DNA of 63,426 nucleotides from Patescibacteria group bacterium UBA4473 (GTDB lineage: Bacteria; Patescibacteriota; Gracilibacteria; UBA4473). The stretch spans positions 1 to 63,426 of the forward strand of contig DGOF01000029.1 of NCBI GenBank assembly GCA_002389285.1. Reading direction: 5' to 3'. The notes under the pieces were generated by a model. It made no database searches. It had not been told where the DNA came from and was given only the letters and a program-made list of their open reading frames with translations. Below, piece by piece: positions 53,576-62,195 of this stretch. Within the stretch, counting starts at the first letter, position 1. Each line of letters opens with the position of its first letter. A program made the position numbers and the translations under genes.

Positions 53576-54760
53576 TTGAAAGAAATATTTTCTTGCCTAA
53601 AATCATTGACCTTTTCCTTCAAATTTGGTAAAAGAGAACCCGTGAAAAAGCAGAATATCGTTCTCGTAGGATTTCGAGGTGCCGGGAAGACGACAATAGG
53701 TCGTGCGCTTGCCAAAGTTTCAGGGCTTCCTTTTGCGGACCTTGATGAAGAGGTAGAATTCGTATTGGGGGAATCTATTGTAGATTTTGTAGAGAAACAT
53801 GGTTGGCAGGTTTTTCGAGAAGTCGAACAAAAGGTGACGCATGATTTCTGTCGTAATTTTTCTGGTATTTTAGCCACCGGAGGGGGTACGATTGAGAATT
53901 CTAAAAATCTTCAGAATTTAAAAAAGACGGGGACTTTTGTCTTTGTAAATCCGAATTTTTCAAAAGTGAAAAAGTTTTTGATGCAGGATAAATCAGGAAA
54001 GCGTCCTCAGCTGAATCCTTCCGTGCCTTTTTCTCAGGAAATTGATATGTTGTGGGCTCAGCGTAAGGATATTTATTCGGCTACTGCGGATATAGAAATT
54101 AATCAGGAGTATGATGGAGACATGGAGGCTACGGCCAAGTCTTTACTAGAGGGGGTTTTGAAATCTCATTTACCGGCGCTTTCTCCAAAGAAACGCGTCG
54201 CTATTTTTTCTTCTACACGAGGGACAACTTTTCAGGGACTTTTGGATCGACAGGCGTTTGGACGAATACCAAATGTAGAGTTTGTTCTCTTTGTTACGAA
54301 TAAACCTGATTGTGAGGCCCTTGAAAAAGCAAAAAAGGCGGGGATAAGTAATATTGAAGTTTTGGGAGAGGATGACAATCTTTCACGTGAAGAATATGAT
54401 CGAGCGTTGATCAATATTGTACGAAGCCATAATCCGGATATAATTCTTTTGGCGGGGTGGATGCGTGTTTTGTCGGCTCTCTACTGTGATCAATTTGGTG
54501 ATATAAGTCTTAATGTTCATCCGTCACTCCTTCCTAAATTTGCAGGATTGATGAATTTAGAAATTCATAAAAAAGTACTTGAGTACGAAGAAAAGTATGC
54601 GGGATGTACCGTGCATAGAACTTCTGCTGAAGTTGATGAGGGTGAGCAAGTGTTGCAGAGAAAAGTTCTCGTTGATGAGAACGATACGCCCGATACGTTG
54701 CAGCAAAAAGTACAAAAACAAGAAGTACTGGCTTTTTGTGAAGTTCTTGAAAAGAGATAA
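53576..54760 (+). CDS. Bifunctional fusion: shikimate-kinase-like P-loop domain + phosphoribosylglycinamide formyltransferase (PurN)
   Basis: N-terminal half: IVLVGFRGAGKTTIGRALA..PFADLDEEVE...ILATGGGTI (AroK-like). C-terminal half: RVAIFSSTRGTTFQ, ILLAGWMRVLS, NVHPSLLPKFAG and GCTVHRTSAEVDEGEQVLQ (PurN). The start is ambiguous between TTG 53576 and GTG 53642. Confidence 0.8.
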   Translation: MKEIFSCLKSLTFSFKFGKREPVKKQNIVLVGFRGAGKTTIGRALAKVSGLPFADLDEEVEFVLGESIVDFVEKHGWQVFREVEQKVTHDFCRNFSGILATGGGTIENSKNLQNLKKTGTFVFVNPNFSKVKKFLMQDKSGKRPQLNPSVPFSQEIDMLWAQRKDIYSATADIEINQEYDGDMEATAKSLLEGVLKSHLPALSPKKRVAIFSSTRGTTFQGLLDRQAFGRIPNVEFVLFVTNKPDCEALEKAKKAGISNIEVLGEDDNLSREEYDRALINIVRSHNPDIILLAGWMRVLSALYCDQFGDISLNVHPSLLPKFAGLMNLEIHKKVLEYEEKYAGCTVHRTSAEVDEGEQVLQRKVLVDENDTPDTLQQKVQKQEVLAFCEVLEKR

Positions 54761-54769
54761 GTCCTCGTC

Positions 54770-56074
54770 ATGAAGTTTTATTCTTCGAAAAACAAACAGA
54801 TTACCGCCGATTTTGAGCAGGCCCTTATGACAGGCCTTGCTTCTGATGGGGGGCTTTTTATGCCGGAAAGCTTTCCTTCTTTTTCAGAGGATCAGTTACA
54901 AACTTTTTCAGAACAATCTTTTCCTGTGGTGGCGGCGCAGGTGGCGCAGTGTTTTGTGGGATCGAGTATTCGGGAAGTAGATTTGCAACGTATTTGTAAG
55001 GAAGCCTATGACTTTTCCGTGCCATTTCATGCGTTAGAGGCTGATCAGCTTGTGTTAGAGCTTTTTCATGGACCTACGGCCGCCTTTAAAGATTTTGCGG
55101 CGCGATTTATGGCGCGATGTGTTGAGTACTTCTTGCTTCAAAAAAATCAGAAAAAGACGTTGCTTGTCGCGACCTCTGGTGATACCGGTGGGGCGGTGGG
55201 GCATGCTTTTCGAGGGATGGAAAATATGCAGGTTTTTATTCTATATCCGTCAGGAGGGGTCTCTCCCTTGCAGGAAAAACAATTGACTACGCTCGGGCAG
55301 AATGTGCAGGCTTTAGAGGTGAGGGGAAACTTTGATGACTGTCAGCGCATGGTCAAAGAAGCGTTTATGGATCAAGATTTCAACGACCAAATAAATCTTA
55401 TGTCGGCGAACTCTATTAATGTCGGACGTATTTTGCCGCAGAGTTTTTATTACTTTTGGACGAGTCTTCAACTTCAAAAACAGTTTCCGGGGCGAAAAAT
55501 CGTCTATTCTGTGCCCTCCGGAAATTTAGGGAATGTTACGGGTGGCTTGATGGCAAAGCGTATGGGAGCTCCGATCGATCGATTTATTATGGCGCAGAAC
55601 ACAAATCATCCGTTTGTTGATTTTTTGCAGACAGGATCTTTTGATCCAGGGGTTTCTATTTCGACGATTTCGAATGCGATGGATATCGGACATCCGAGTA
55701 ATTTTTATCGCATTGCAGAGCTTTATAAAGAGGACCTAGAGGGACTCAGGAAAGATGCATGGGGCGCTTCTTTTACGGATGATCAGACGCGAGCAGCGAT
55801 GAAGGATGTCTTTGAAAAATATGATTATGAGATGTGCCCTCATACAGCGGTGGGCTATTTAGGCCTTCAAAAATATAAACAAGAAGTCGATGAGTCGGTT
55901 CTTGGGGTTACTGTTTCAACCGCGCATCCAGGAAAATTTCAAGAACTTATGGTGGAAGTTTTGGGTCATGAAATATCTTTACCGGAAAGATTGCAATCTG
56001 TTTTGACCCACGATAAAATCGCTCGGATTATAGAAGCAGATCTTGGTTCCCTGAAAGACACAATCCTGACTTGA
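54770..56074 (+). CDS. thrC: Threonine synthase
   Basis: 434 aa with LASDGGLFMPE, ELFHGPTAAFKDFAARF (PLP-Lys), ATSGDTGGA and SANSINVGRILPQ. Confidence 0.9.
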   Translation: MKFYSSKNKQITADFEQALMTGLASDGGLFMPESFPSFSEDQLQTFSEQSFPVVAAQVAQCFVGSSIREVDLQRICKEAYDFSVPFHALEADQLVLELFHGPTAAFKDFAARFMARCVEYFLLQKNQKKTLLVATSGDTGGAVGHAFRGMENMQVFILYPSGGVSPLQEKQLTTLGQNVQALEVRGNFDDCQRMVKEAFMDQDFNDQINLMSANSINVGRILPQSFYYFWTSLQLQKQFPGRKIVYSVPSGNLGNVTGGLMAKRMGAPIDRFIMAQNTNHPFVDFLQTGSFDPGVSISTISNAMDIGHPSNFYRIAELYKEDLEGLRKDAWGASFTDDQTRAAMKDVFEKYDYEMCPHTAVGYLGLQKYKQEVDESVLGVTVSTAHPGKFQELMVEVLGHEISLPERLQSVLTHDKIARIIEADLGSLKDTILT

Positions 56075-56078
56075 AATT

Positions 56079-56732
56079 ATGATTTTGACGCCTGAACAAC
56101 TTCACGAAAAGAAACAGAACCATTCTCTGAGGGTGGCTTTTGTGGGAATGTCGAATGTGGGAAAAAGTTTTCGAGCCAGAGAAATGGCCAAGTTTGATAA
56201 GTTTTTTCAGGTGAGTGTGGATGATTTGATTGCTGAGGGTATGCAATTGAAGAATATGTCAGCGCTGGCGAACTGGATGGGTTATCCGTATGAGGAAAAT
56301 TTTGAGGAGCATGTAAAAGAATATTTACAGCACGAGAAAAAGTTCACAACAAATATTGATCTTAGCTTGAACAAAAATATTGTTCTAGATACGACAGGAA
56401 GCGTTGTTTATCTCCCTTCAGAGGCACAAGAGTTTGTGAAAAATAATTTTTTGGTTATTAATCTTGAGTTGCCTGCGGCTATGAAAGACAAAATGATCGA
56501 TCATTTCTTTGCGCATCCGAAGCCGGTCGTCTGGGGAGAAAGTTTTGATCTTCAAGAGGGCGAAGATAAAAAAGAAGCTCTGCGTCGATGTTATCCAGAT
56601 CTTTTGGCCTGGCGTGAGGAAAAATACCGAGAGATGGCAGATGTATCGGTGAATTTTTTCGAAGATACGAGTTGGGTGGGGTACAGAGAGTTCTGGAGAA
56701 GATTGGAGGGCTCTTTGTCGGAGGAGGCTTAA
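56079..56732 (+). CDS. Shikimate-kinase-like P-loop NTPase, function unknown
   Basis: 217 aa with VAFVGMSNVGKSF (Walker A) and IVLDTTGSVVYL, which resembles the SKI-family xxATGGG block. Confidence 0.45.
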   Translation: MILTPEQLHEKKQNHSLRVAFVGMSNVGKSFRAREMAKFDKFFQVSVDDLIAEGMQLKNMSALANWMGYPYEENFEEHVKEYLQHEKKFTTNIDLSLNKNIVLDTTGSVVYLPSEAQEFVKNNFLVINLELPAAMKDKMIDHFFAHPKPVVWGESFDLQEGEDKKEALRRCYPDLLAWREEKYREMADVSVNFFEDTSWVGYREFWRRLEGSLSEEA

Positions 56733-56737
56733 AATAC

Positions 56738-57397
56738 TTAAGCAATCGTTCCCCAAATAGATCCAAAGATGCGAGGATGTGTTTTTAAGCATGAGCCGAA
56801 TAACTCTTGGAAGTCTTTTTGAATTTCATTAGGATATGGTGCCCGGTGATAGGTTGTTCCGGTCATTATTTGAATGTTTCCATCGGTAGATCTTGTAGTG
56901 AGAGGGTCTAGTTCTGGCATGAAAATCTCACCGGATGGATAGTGGTAGGCATTCCAGTATTCTTCAGAAATGGGAACTTGTATGTCTGGTGGTAAGATTC
57001 GAGTCGGAGAAACGCTAAAGGTGGCGCGTAGTATTTTTGGATCACTTGCGTCTCGATGGGTTTTACAATTGCTCGAATCAGAGGCTTTTTCGATCCAGAC
57101 AGCAGAGAGTCTTTCGTCGATAGAGATGGGGGCAACGGTTACTTGTGAAAGAGCTATTAAAACATCATTTTTCACTGATTCGAGAACGGCTTGAAGTGTT
57201 TGTTGTAAATCATTTTCGGGTCTATCTTCTAGGTTCATAAATTCTTGCCTTCGTTCCCCAGTTAAGACAAACCCTTCTCTTATAAGTATTTCTTGAAGTT
57301 CTATAAGTTTTATATTTGGTTCGATGCAGGTTCCTCCGATATGAGAAAAATGTGTAAATCCATCTTTTATATCGGGCGTTCTTAATATGTTTCGCAT
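56738..57397 (-). CDS. Hypothetical protein
   Basis: 219-aa ORF with no recognised motif. Confidence 0.55.
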   Translation of the reverse strand: MRNILRTPDIKDGFTHFSHIGGTCIEPNIKLIELQEILIREGFVLTGERRQEFMNLEDRPENDLQQTLQAVLESVKNDVLIALSQVTVAPISIDERLSAVWIEKASDSSNCKTHRDASDPKILRATFSVSPTRILPPDIQVPISEEYWNAYHYPSGEIFMPELDPLTTRSTDGNIQIMTGTTYHRAPYPNEIQKDFQELFGSCLKTHPRIFGSIWGTIA

Positions 57398-57450
57398 GTA
57401 CTTCTTTTATTTGTTTTGATCTTTTTGTCAAACGTGGTATGTTCTGACTG

Positions 57451-57606
57451 ATGAGTATCAATTCTCTTTCGGAATCGTTTAAAGAAACAGGAAAAAATAT
57501 CTTCAAGGGAGGATTGATGATTGCTGCGGGACTTTTGATGCTGCCACCGGCGGTAGCTATTGCGACACAGGGGGTGAGTGCGAGTGTGGCCGGTGTTTTG
57601 GCTTGA
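57451..57606 (+). CDS. Possible 51-aa small membrane protein
   Basis: This ORF is below the track's size cutoff. It reads MSINSLSESFKETGKNIFKGGLMIAAGLLMLPPAVAIATQGVSASVAGVLA, with a hydrophobic C-terminal half. There is no other support. Confidence 0.25.
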   Translation: MSINSLSESFKETGKNIFKGGLMIAAGLLMLPPAVAIATQGVSASVAGVLA

Positions 57607-57642
57607 TGAAAGTATTTTCTTGATTAAAATGACCTCACTTAC

Positions 57643-57720
57643 GGGGCATTAGCTCAGCTTGGCTAGAGCGCATGCATGGCATGCATGAGGTCATCGGTTC
57701 GAGTCCGATATGCTCCACCA
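57643..57720 (+). tRNA. tRNA-Ala (anticodon GGC), CCA encoded
   Basis: Manual cloverleaf fold. Acceptor GGGGCAT/ATGCTCC with the G3:U70 Ala identity pair. D arm GCTC-AGCTTGGCTA-GAGC. Anticodon arm CATGC-AUGGCAU-GCATG. T arm ATCGG-TTCGAGT-CCGAT, followed by ACCA. Confidence 0.9.
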
Positions 57721-57735
57721 AACTTTATTCTTTTT

Positions 57736-58242
57736 ATGCATATTTTCTCTTGGATATACCAGAAGCAGTGGAGAAGGAATTTTTTTTATACCGTGAGTAT
57801 TATTGGCTCTCTTACGGTTATTGTCGGTGTTTTCTTTCTGGGGATTCTTTTGGTAGAGGGTCCATTTCCGCCGCTTCATGATGCGGCTCGAAGCGGTGAT
57901 TCTCAGCAAGTGGAACAGCTTCTTGATGGGAAATCTGTGGATATTAATGCCCGATTCAATGAAGGTTCAACGGCTTTGATGATAGCGGCATTCAACCATA
58001 ATATTGATGTGGTGCGCGTGCTTTTGGAGGCGGGGGCGGATGTTAACTTACAAAATGATTTTGGATCTACGGCTTTAATGGAGGCGGTTCTTTTTGATTT
58101 TGAAGGCGATACACAGGTGCTTTTAGAAGTGTTGCTTGAAGCGGGAGCCAATATTTATGTAAAAGATGAAAAGGGTCTTACCGCCATGGATCACGCGCAA
58201 GAAGAATGGGTGGAATCTTTTTTGAGAACTTGGAAACATTAA
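57736..58242 (+). CDS. Membrane-anchored ankyrin-repeat protein
   Basis: N-terminal TM helix (TVSIIGSLTVIVGVFFLGILLV), then ANK repeats: LHDAARSGDSQQVEQLL, GSTALMIAAFNHNIDVVRVLLEAGADVN and GSTALMEAV. The start is set at ATG 57736 because the track's start overlaps the tRNA. Confidence 0.8.
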   Translation: MHIFSWIYQKQWRRNFFYTVSIIGSLTVIVGVFFLGILLVEGPFPPLHDAARSGDSQQVEQLLDGKSVDINARFNEGSTALMIAAFNHNIDVVRVLLEAGADVNLQNDFGSTALMEAVLFDFEGDTQVLLEVLLEAGANIYVKDEKGLTAMDHAQEEWVESFLRTWKH

Positions 58243-58254
58243 ATTTAGATTAAA

Positions 58255-58818
58255 ATGATTGGTTTTCTTTCCGGTATCGTGGCTCGTATGGACGCCAAAG
58301 AGGTCTTGATACAGACTTCTGGGGGTGTTGGGTATAGTGTGCATCCAGCCGGATCGCTTTTAGCGGAGTGCAAAGAGGGAGAGAAGATCTCGGCTGAAAT
58401 TTTTACCGTGGTGAGAGAACAAGAGATTTCATTGTATGGGTTTGGGCATAAAGATGAAAAACAGCTTTTTATAAAAGTTATTTCGGTTTCCGGTATTGGG
58501 CCCAAAATAGGGCTTCAAATTGTATCGATGAGTCCGGCAAGATTTATGACGGCAGTTGAACACGGTGATGTCCCGGTTTTGACGGAGATTCCCGGCTTGG
58601 GTAAAAAGACCGCTGAGCGATTGATTATTGAATTGCGGGGTAAACTTGATCTGACAGCGTCTGAGGGCCCACAGGCTTCTCCTGCGCTAGAGGAGGCCAT
58701 CACAGCATTAGAAGGCTTGGGTTATGATCGGAAGACGATTCAGCAGCGAATCGAACAGACGGGGGCAAAAACATCCGCGGAAGAGATGATCAAAGATTTT
58801 TTGAAGTCAAATGCGTAG
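58255..58818 (+). CDS. ruvA: Holliday junction branch migration complex subunit RuvA
   Basis: 187 aa with MIGFLSGIV, GGVGYSVH, LYGFGHKDEKQLFIKVISVSGIGPKIGLQI and IPGLGKKTAERLIIEL. Confidence 0.9.
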   Translation: MIGFLSGIVARMDAKEVLIQTSGGVGYSVHPAGSLLAECKEGEKISAEIFTVVREQEISLYGFGHKDEKQLFIKVISVSGIGPKIGLQIVSMSPARFMTAVEHGDVPVLTEIPGLGKKTAERLIIELRGKLDLTASEGPQASPALEEAITALEGLGYDRKTIQQRIEQTGAKTSAEEMIKDFLKSNA

Positions 58819-59032
58819 GCTTGATAAGCTTTTGGCTTGGATCTTAATACAGGTCATTAAGCTCTATCGGCTCCTTTTGTCACCGGATCATTCTTTTTGG
58901 AGTTCGGCGTTTCCTTTTTTGGGATGTAAAGATTATCCCAGTTGTTCGAGTTATAGCTTGGAGGTCTTGAAAAAACAGGGGTTTTTGAAAGGGGTGCCTA
59001 AAATAATCCTGCGCGTATTGAAATGTCACTGA
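58811..59032 (+). CDS. yidD: Membrane protein insertion efficiency factor YidD
   Basis: 73 aa with IKLYRLLLSP and CKDYPSCSSYSLEVLKKQG. Confidence 0.85.
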   Translation: MRRLDKLLAWILIQVIKLYRLLLSPDHSFWSSAFPFLGCKDYPSCSSYSLEVLKKQGFLKGVPKIILRVLKCH

Positions 59033-59086
59033 GTCTCCCTATACTCTTTCAGAATAATTTATAACATTTCTCTTTAAAATTTATCT

Positions 59087-59974
59087 ATGGTTTTGATTTC
59101 TCTTCTTGTCTTCGTGGTTATTTTTTCTTTTCTTATTCTGATTCATGAGTTTGGGCATTTTTATGTGGCCCGGAAGTCAGGTATTAAAGTCGAAGAATTT
59201 GGTCTGGGGTTGGGGAAAAAAATATGGGGAAAAAAGATAGGCGAAACAGAATATACCCTGAATGCGGTTCCTTTTGGGGGATTTGTTCGAATGTTGGGGG
59301 AAGAAGAAAACTCCAAAGACCCAAGGAGTTTTTCTTCTGCGGCGCTTTGGAAAAGAATGGCCGTGACATTGGCGGGTGTTTTTATGAATTTCATAGGAAC
59401 GATTGTTCTTCTTACTATTGTGTTTACGGCGGGGGCGACTCCGATTATTACTTCACAGGCTGAGCTTTCGGCCGCGGAGGAGGCCGGACTGGTTGAGATG
59501 AGTGAACCGGATGAGGAGGGACGTCGGAAAATTATTACTATGGAAAAAATACGATATGGATTCCCTCAGTCTTTTTTGTTCTCCCTTCACGAAACAAAGC
59601 GTTTGACGGGGGTTATCCTTGAAAAGGCTATTGAAATTCCTCGTAAGCTTGTACAAACAGGAAGTCTTCCGGAAGGTTTGGCCGGTCCCGTGGGTATTGC
59701 GGATGTAACACATCAAGTAGTTCCTTCTGGATTTATAGCCATTTTGAAGTTAGCGGCCTTGCTTTCTTTGTCTTTGGCGGTCATGAATTTGTTGCCTATT
59801 CCTGCTTTGGATGGGGGGCGATTGTTGTTCCAACTCGTTGAATTAGTGCTGAAGCCTTTGAAGGTAAAAATCAATGAGAGTCTGGAAAATGCCGTTCATT
59901 TGGGGGGCTATGTGCTTTTAATGCTTTTTCTCGTGGCGGTGACCTGGAATGACATTGTGAATCTTATAAGCTAA
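59087..59974 (+). CDS. rseP: Site-2 protease, M50 family (RseP-like)
   Basis: 295 aa with LILIHEFGHFYVARKSG (HExxH), AVPFGGFVRM and NLLPIPALDGGRLL. Confidence 0.85.
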   Translation: MVLISLLVFVVIFSFLILIHEFGHFYVARKSGIKVEEFGLGLGKKIWGKKIGETEYTLNAVPFGGFVRMLGEEENSKDPRSFSSAALWKRMAVTLAGVFMNFIGTIVLLTIVFTAGATPIITSQAELSAAEEAGLVEMSEPDEEGRRKIITMEKIRYGFPQSFLFSLHETKRLTGVILEKAIEIPRKLVQTGSLPEGLAGPVGIADVTHQVVPSGFIAILKLAALLSLSLAVMNLLPIPALDGGRLLFQLVELVLKPLKVKINESLENAVHLGGYVLLMLFLVAVTWNDIVNLIS

Positions 59975-60030
59975 AAAAGTTGACACCGAGGGGCTAAACC
60001 TTACAATGGCCCGGCTTTTCAAAGAAAATT

Positions 60031-60684
60031 ATGGCAGAAAAATATTCGCTTGCGGCTCAGGGACGGGATGCTTCAGTAAAACAATCAGCTCGAGAGACTC
60101 GTGCCGAAAGACGTGTTCCAGGCGTTGTTTATGGGAAAGGGTTTGATTCAGAGTCTGTTTCTGTTGCTTACTCAGATCTCTTGCGTCTGTATCGTAAAGC
60201 CGGTACCTCTGCTTTGGTAGAGATTGATTTGGATGGAAAATCTATTCCGGTTTTGATCCATCGATTGGATTTACATCCCTCACGACAGGAAATTCAACAT
60301 GTAGATTTTTATGCGGTGAACCTGAAAGAAAAAACAATGGTGGAGGTTCCTTTCGCTTTTGTGGGAGAATCTTTGGCGGTCAAAAACCAAGGAGGAATTT
60401 TCATGCAGGATCACAACTCTATCTCTATTCGTTGTTTGCCAACGGAGATTCCTGCAGAGATTACGATTGATATTTCAGTGTTAGAAAATATTCATGATCA
60501 TATTAATGTCTCATCTTTGGGACTTGATCCTGAAAAGTTTGAAATCATGAACCTTGAGCCTGATACGGTTATTTGTTCTATCACAGGACACATGGAAGAT
60601 GAAAAAGAAGAAGAAGCTGTCGCAGTAGAAGGTGAAGAAGGTACTGCTGCAGAAGGCGAAGAGAAAGAGGAGGGAAAGGAATAA
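60031..60684 (+). CDS. rplY: 50S ribosomal protein L25/general stress protein Ctc
   Basis: 217 aa with TRAERRVPGVVYGKG, IQHVDFYAV and an acidic C-terminal tail. Confidence 0.9.
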   Translation: MAEKYSLAAQGRDASVKQSARETRAERRVPGVVYGKGFDSESVSVAYSDLLRLYRKAGTSALVEIDLDGKSIPVLIHRLDLHPSRQEIQHVDFYAVNLKEKTMVEVPFAFVGESLAVKNQGGIFMQDHNSISIRCLPTEIPAEITIDISVLENIHDHINVSSLGLDPEKFEIMNLEPDTVICSITGHMEDEKEEEAVAVEGEEGTAAEGEEKEEGKE

Positions 60685-60695
60685 ATTTCTGAGTA

Positions 60696-60733
60696 AAAAA
60701 AATAAGCCCTCGTTCATAGAACGGGGGTTTTTA
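60696..60733. terminator. Bidirectional intrinsic terminator between convergent rplY and dnaA
   Basis: The sequence aaaaaaaataagCCCTCGTTCataGAACGGGGGttttt forms a stem (60707-60715 with 60719-60727) flanked by an A-run and a T-run. Confidence 0.75.
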
Positions 60734-60752
60734 AAATTAATTATTTGCGCGC

Positions 60753-62165
60753 TTATCGGACTCCCAAATCTTTTCGTAAGGCATGGATGTGTCGTGCGGT
60801 GGGGGAGTCTTTTCTTTTGAGACCTCCGATTTTTCGGATGCCGTGCATGATAGTGGTGTGGTTTTTGCCGCCAAAATCCTTTCCAATAGCTTCAAAGCTC
60901 ATGTCGAGGAGGTCTTTGCAGAGAATCCAGGCAATCTGACGAGGATAGACTATTTCTTTTTTTCGAGATTTTCCAAGTAGATCTGTGGCCGGGATTTGAA
61001 AATAGTCACTGACCGCAGTTATGACGTCATCGGTTGATCGTGCAAATCCTTTTTTACTGTTTTCAACGGTGAGAATGTCTTCGGATGGATTAAGTTTTCT
61101 GAAAATTTTACTGACAGACTGAACCGTAGGAGAAATGTTGGTCAGTTCAATTTCCGCAGAAATTTGGGTGAGTACGTTTTCCATTTCCCGAAGATTGTGG
61201 CGTGTGTTGGAGGCGATGAATTCTTGAATGTCCTGGGGAAGGATCAGGCTTCGGTCTTTCATTTTTTCTTGGACAATAGCCATGCGAGTTTCAAATCCTG
61301 GCATTTTGACATCTACCGAGAGTCCCCATCCCATACGGGAACGAAGTCGATCTGATATTCCAGCCAGTTCAGAAGGCGGTCTGTCAGCAGAAAAAATAAT
61401 CTGTTTTTGAAACTCGTACAGATCATTAAAGGTGTTAAAGAGTTCTTCCTGGGTTTTTTCTTTCCCTTCAAAAAATTGCACGTCATCGATAATAAGGGCG
61501 TCTACGCGTCGGTATTTTTTTCGAAATTCATTATTTTTTCGTTCACGAATGGCTTTTATGATTTCATTCATGAATCGTTCTGATGTGGTGTAGACGATGA
61601 CGGCGTCAGGATTCTTTTTTAGAATTTCATTCGCTGTTCCCTGAAGGAGGTGTGTTTTTCCCAATCCGACCCCTCCATAAATAAAGATTGGATTGTATTT
61701 CTTGATTTGTCCTTTTTTTGAGCTTTCGGCAACAGCCATACAGGCCGCATGCGCCATTCTGTTCTCGTCTCCTACGATATAATTCCCAAGGGTGAACTTG
61801 GGGTGGATAATACGTGATTCAACGCCCTCGGCGAGTTTTACGTCTGGACGGTTGGGAAGTTTCCGTGGGGCTTTGGGTTTTTCAAAGATTGGTGCGTGAA
61901 CGGGGGCTTTGTCGGCCAGGGATAAATCGACTTTGAAGTATACTTTTTGAATTTCTGGGAGAACGGCTTTGAGGTTGGTGAGAATCATCCCGTTGTATTT
62001 GTTCTCCAGCCAATTCTTATTCATCTCGGTTGGACAGGCGATGAGGACGGCGCCCCCTGATATTTCCGCAATATGCACCTTTTTAAACCAGGTATGGAAT
62101 TCCATTCGAGAAAGTTTCTCAGAGAGACGGGTAAGAACGGCGTTCCAGGCTTGGGAATTGTCCAT
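60753..62165 (-). CDS. dnaA: Chromosomal replication initiator protein DnaA
   Basis: 470 aa with NPIFIYGGVGLGKTHLLQ (Walker A), ALIIDDVQFF (Walker B) and C-terminal domain IV (IVYPRQIAWILCKDL...GGKNHTTIMHG). Confidence 0.95.
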   Translation of the reverse strand: MDNSQAWNAVLTRLSEKLSRMEFHTWFKKVHIAEISGGAVLIACPTEMNKNWLENKYNGMILTNLKAVLPEIQKVYFKVDLSLADKAPVHAPIFEKPKAPRKLPNRPDVKLAEGVESRIIHPKFTLGNYIVGDENRMAHAACMAVAESSKKGQIKKYNPIFIYGGVGLGKTHLLQGTANEILKKNPDAVIVYTTSERFMNEIIKAIRERKNNEFRKKYRRVDALIIDDVQFFEGKEKTQEELFNTFNDLYEFQKQIIFSADRPPSELAGISDRLRSRMGWGLSVDVKMPGFETRMAIVQEKMKDRSLILPQDIQEFIASNTRHNLREMENVLTQISAEIELTNISPTVQSVSKIFRKLNPSEDILTVENSKKGFARSTDDVITAVSDYFQIPATDLLGKSRKKEIVYPRQIAWILCKDLLDMSFEAIGKDFGGKNHTTIMHGIRKIGGLKRKDSPTARHIHALRKDLGVR

Positions 62166-62195
62166 GGTTGGGGAGAGTGCGGAGGCGTTAGGAGA

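Noticed and set aside
60685-62195. oriC adjacent to dnaA
   Set aside because: The upstream gap is only 30 nt, and the downstream gap (60685-60752) is filled by a terminator hairpin. The only DnaA-box-like 9-mer I noticed (gGTGGATAA near 61803) is a single imperfect copy inside the dnaA coding region.
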